From assembly GCA_046313635.1 (NCBI GenBank), contig JBKBYA010000003.1, positions 216,769 to 280,768 on the forward strand: a DNA stretch of 64,000 nucleotides, written 5' to 3'. This document shows, piece after piece, positions 60,483 to 64,000 of this stretch. Positions within the stretch are counted from its first letter, which is position 1; each line of letters starts with the position of its first letter. Source of the stretch: Pyrinomonadaceae bacterium. GTDB lineage: Bacteria > Acidobacteriota > Blastocatellia > Pyrinomonadales > Pyrinomonadaceae. The position numbers were made by a program, and so were the translations under genes. The notes beneath the pieces were generated by a model. That model saw only the letters and a program-made list of their open reading frames with translations, made no database searches and had not been told where the DNA came from.

Positions 60483-61316
60483 ATGCAGACAGCACTGGCA
60501 GCCGCTATTCCCGCACGGGGCTTCAACCGCAAGAACGTCGCCATTCTGGCGGCGTTTCACATTTTGGCCGTCCCGGTCATTTTCACTTTCAGCTGGCAGA
60601 ATCTCGCCGTGCTGCTGATCGGCAACTGGATCGTCGGCGGGCTCGGCGTCGGGCTCGGCTATCACCGGCTGCTCACGCACCGCAGCTTCACCGTGCCGAA
60701 GTGGCTCGAGTACACGCTGACGATACTCGGCACGATGTCAGTGCAGGACTCGCCCGACAAGTGGGTCGCCACGCACCGGATGCATCACAGGTTTACCGAG
60801 ACCGATCTCGACCCGCACTCGACGCGTTCGGGCTTTTGGTGGGCGCAGATGGGCTGGATCGTGAAGGGCACGGCACAGGACCACGACGAGACCGTCCTCG
60901 CCCGCTATGTGCCCGATCTCAAAAAGGACAAAGGCCACCGTCTGATCTCGCGGCTCTACTATCTGCCGATCGTCGTCTCGGCGGTGCTGCTTTTTTTGAT
61001 CGGCGACTGGACGATGGTCGTGTGGGGCGTATTTGCCCGCGTGGTCGTCGGGTGGCACACGACGTGGCTGGTCAATTCGCTCGCGCACCTGCGCGGCCGG
61101 CGCTCGTTTGAGACGGCCGACGACTCGACCAATAACTGGTTTGTCGCGATGCTCACATTCGGCGAAGGCTGGCACAACAACCATCACGCCTTCCCGACCT
61201 CGGCCCGTCACGGCCTGACCTGGCGCCAGTTTGACCTCAACTGGATCACGCTCCGCATACTCGCCCGCCTCGGCCTCGTGCGCGGTCTCAAGCTCGCCGA
61301 GACCGAGAGAGCCTGA
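60483..61316 (+). CDS. Delta-9-type fatty acid desaturase
   Basis: His boxes HRLLTH, HRMHH, GEGWHNNHH; DPHS. Confidence 0.93.
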   Translation: MQTALAAAIPARGFNRKNVAILAAFHILAVPVIFTFSWQNLAVLLIGNWIVGGLGVGLGYHRLLTHRSFTVPKWLEYTLTILGTMSVQDSPDKWVATHRMHHRFTETDLDPHSTRSGFWWAQMGWIVKGTAQDHDETVLARYVPDLKKDKGHRLISRLYYLPIVVSAVLLFLIGDWTMVVWGVFARVVVGWHTTWLVNSLAHLRGRRSFETADDSTNNWFVAMLTFGEGWHNNHHAFPTSARHGLTWRQFDLNWITLRILARLGLVRGLKLAETERA

Positions 61317-61486
61317 CCGGTCGGCCACGACGACAACTCCGGCTCACGCGTCGACCTTCGGCGGCCGGAATGGCCGGCTCGGATATTTTTGTCGGGCGCC
61401 GCGCCGGGATCGGCGGACCTTGTGCTAATTTATTCCGGTCTCTTACGGCCAACCGCCGGGCCCGCTCGGGCTACCAAATAAGATCA

Positions 61487-62710
61487 ATGTCGATCCAAAC
61501 ATCAAACTCCCTGGTACGCTCAGTCGTCGCGTGCCTCGTCCTTGTTTTTGCCGCGGCCGTTTCGCTGCAGGCGCAGACCGACGACGAGACCGAAGCTCTC
61601 GCCAAGGGGCTCGCGCTCTTTCAGCAGCAGCAATTTTCGGAGGCCGTGCCGTACTTAGAAACGGCCCTCAAAGGCTACCCCAACGAGCCGAAGCTGCACT
61701 TCATCTACGGCTTTTCGCTGCTCGGCAAGTCGAAGCAGGTCGATGACATCGCGCAGGCAAAGCAGCTCGCCGAGAAGGCGCTCGAGGCGTTTCGCCAGGC
61801 AAAGAAGCTCGGCCTCAACGACCCGACGAATGAGACGCTCATTCGGATGCTGAGCGGCAGCGACAGCGGGGCGGCCGCTCCGGGTGCGGGAGTGGGCAAT
61901 GGTTCGGGCCCGACGTATTCCAAAGATCCGCAGGCCGAGAAGGCGATGATGGAGGCCGAGAGCTTTTTTGCGCGTTCGCAATGCGACGAGGCGGTCAAGA
62001 GCTACGAAAAAGCCCTCTCGCTCGACCCCAGGATATACGAGGCCGCGACCGGTGCCGGCGACTGCTACGTGCAAAAGTCGGATTGGGAAAACGCCGAAAA
62101 GTGGTACCAGCGTGCGATCGCGATCGACCCGACGCGCGAGACCGCGTACCGGTATTCGGCGACACCTTTGATGAAGCAGAAAAAGTACGACCTCGCCCGC
62201 GACCGCTACGTCGAGGCGTACATCACCGAGCCCTACAACCAAATGTCGTCTCGCGGTATCGGCCAGTGGGCACAGATCACAGGCGCCAAGCTCGGTCATC
62301 CCGAGATCGACATTCCGGAGCTGAGCTTTGACGCGGCCGGCAAGGCGACGCCGAAAAAGGCACTCGCCGCCGCCGACCCCGCCGCCGCGCCGTGGCTCGC
62401 CTACATCGCGACCCGCGAAGCGTGGCGCAGGGAGAAGTTTGCCAAGACGTTTCCCAAAGACGCCAAGTACCGCCACACCCTCGCCGAGGAGCTCGAAGCC
62501 CTCCGCTCGGCCGTCAAAGCCGCCGCCGCCGCCAAGTCGCCGAATAAGCAGTTTGACACCCTCGCCCGCCTCGACACCGAAGGCCTCCTCGAAGCCTACA
62601 TCCTCCTCGCCCAACCCGACCAGGACATAGCCGACGGACACGCCGAATACCTAAAAAACAACCGGCCGAAACTTCGGATGTATGTTTTGAATTACGCGAT
62701 CAGGAAGTAG
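61487..62710 (+). CDS. Exported TPR protein
   Basis: Signal ending SLQAQ; TPRs AVKSYEKALSLDP, AEKWYQRAIAIDP. Confidence 0.82.
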   Translation: MSIQTSNSLVRSVVACLVLVFAAAVSLQAQTDDETEALAKGLALFQQQQFSEAVPYLETALKGYPNEPKLHFIYGFSLLGKSKQVDDIAQAKQLAEKALEAFRQAKKLGLNDPTNETLIRMLSGSDSGAAAPGAGVGNGSGPTYSKDPQAEKAMMEAESFFARSQCDEAVKSYEKALSLDPRIYEAATGAGDCYVQKSDWENAEKWYQRAIAIDPTRETAYRYSATPLMKQKKYDLARDRYVEAYITEPYNQMSSRGIGQWAQITGAKLGHPEIDIPELSFDAAGKATPKKALAAADPAAAPWLAYIATREAWRREKFAKTFPKDAKYRHTLAEELEALRSAVKAAAAAKSPNKQFDTLARLDTEGLLEAYILLAQPDQDIADGHAEYLKNNRPKLRMYVLNYAIRK

Positions 62711-62876
62711 GAAAATTTGGACACTGCGATGTCCGTCAAGAAACAAAGAATCAAAGATCAGAGATAATTCAAATCGGCCGGCGCGGCGCTTGATACGCCT
62801 CGCCTCTCATTCGCGATTTAGTCTGCGTCGAAATCGTGGTATTTTACAGCTCAACTATTTCGAATTAACCCCGAAT

Positions 62877-63977
62877 ATGGATTTTAGGTTTGGTGAACTT
62901 TTTTGCGGACCCGGTGGTTTGGCGTTAGCTGCCAAAAATGCGCGTGTCCAAACCGACAAGGAAGAGTTTACGATTAGCCACGCGTGGGCGACGGACTACG
63001 ACAAGGACACTTGCGATACGTACCGCACGAACATTTGTCCCGATTCGCCGGAGACCGTGATTTGCAAGGACATTCGGAAGCTGGAACTGTCGACACTGGA
63101 AAAGATTTCAGGCATTGATGCCCTTGCCTTTGGTTTCCCGTGCAACGACTTCAGCGTAGTCGGGGAGCAGAAGGGAATCGATGGCGTTTACGGGCCGTTG
63201 TATCAACACGGCGTCCGAGCGTTGAAGCACTTCAAACCGAAGTGGTTCTTGGCAGAAAATGTTGGCGGTTTGCGGAATTCGAACGACGGAACAGCGTTCG
63301 GAAAAATCCTTAAAGAATTATCGCTGGCTGGCTACGACGTAGTACCGCACTTATATAAGTTTGAAAAATACGGCGTCCCGCAGGCACGTCACCGAATCAT
63401 CATAATCGGCACAAGGAAAGACCTAGGACTGAAGTTCCGTGTCCCGTCGCCTGAACCGTTTGAAGGTGTGGACGTATCGTCTAAGACCGCGCTGACGAAT
63501 CCGCCGATACCGACGGACGCCGCGAATCAGGAACTTACGAATCAGTCTGAGTCCGTGGTGGAAAGACTGAAGCACATCAAGCCGGGCGAAAATGCCTTCA
63601 CAGCGGATATTCCCGAAGAACTACAACTGAACGTCAAAGCCGCGAAGATCAGTTTGATTTACCGACGACTTCATCCCGATAAACCTTCTTACACGGTAAC
63701 GGGAAGCGGCGGCGGCGGCACGTATGTTTACCATTGGGAAGAGCATCGGGCCCTGACGAATCGCGAACGCGCACGGCTTCAAACGTTTCCTGATAATTAT
63801 TTCTTCTGTGGATCGAAGCAGAGCGTCCGTAAGCAGATCGGTATGGCCGTTCCGCCGAAAGGCGTTCAGGTAATCTTTGAATCCGTGCTGAAGACATTCG
63901 CGGGAATTGATTATGACTCGGTTAAGCCGAACATTGATTTTGAACTTCCACTATTTGAGGAGACTTCTGCATCTTGA
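62877..63977 (+). CDS. DNA (cytosine-5) methyltransferase
   Basis: ELFCGPGG (motif I), GFPCNDFS (IV), ENVGG (VI), PQARHR (VIII), RERARLQTFP (IX), IGMAVPP (X). Confidence 0.95.
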   Translation: MDFRFGELFCGPGGLALAAKNARVQTDKEEFTISHAWATDYDKDTCDTYRTNICPDSPETVICKDIRKLELSTLEKISGIDALAFGFPCNDFSVVGEQKGIDGVYGPLYQHGVRALKHFKPKWFLAENVGGLRNSNDGTAFGKILKELSLAGYDVVPHLYKFEKYGVPQARHRIIIIGTRKDLGLKFRVPSPEPFEGVDVSSKTALTNPPIPTDAANQELTNQSESVVERLKHIKPGENAFTADIPEELQLNVKAAKISLIYRRLHPDKPSYTVTGSGGGGTYVYHWEEHRALTNRERARLQTFPDNYFFCGSKQSVRKQIGMAVPPKGVQVIFESVLKTFAGIDYDSVKPNIDFELPLFEETSAS

Positions 63978-64000
63978 TAACTACTGGCCTATTTGACGAA

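Overview
GC-rich bacterial chromosome segment. The gene repertoire (PTAA-carboxypeptidase-regulatory-like C-terminal domain, kinase-TolB_N-TPR protein, ECF/zf-HC2/DUF4097 module, RHS style) suggests Acidobacteriota, probably Blastocatellia/Pyrinomonadaceae; this is an inference. The left end (1-4200, visibly more AT-rich) is the tail of an RHS polymorphic-toxin locus with candidate immunity genes, half an IS3 element and a broken REP-associated tyrosine transposase (RAYT). The core holds aroA-aroK, BON/LysM, nadB, two acyl-CoA ligases, an interrupted kynurenine (Trp catabolism) cluster, pepT, an intact RAYT, dcd, an ECF sigma module, a YifB/ComM ATPase, a Ser/Thr kinase, an RND-MFP-TolC pump, a desaturase and, at the right edge, a C5 DNA methyltransferase. 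Main candidates for novelty: (1) an unassigned biosynthetic cluster at 36574-42043 (TauD-like dioxygenase, a hidden coupled 101-aa ORF, a second HxD...H oxygenase, an ATP-grasp/PLP-decarboxylase fusion and a Cys-His-Asp transglutaminase-like protein); (2) a four-helix-bundle gene bracketed by inverted 7-bp tandem arrays, with gene-less inverted heptamer arrays translated in frame inside the RND permease and nadB; (3) a probable UGA-readthrough glutaredoxin-like selenoprotein; (4) an unannotated 58-aa partner of a nucleotidyltransferase inserted in the kynurenine operon. I recognised no rRNA, tRNA or CRISPR array. All assignments come from motif recognition by eye; no searches were run.
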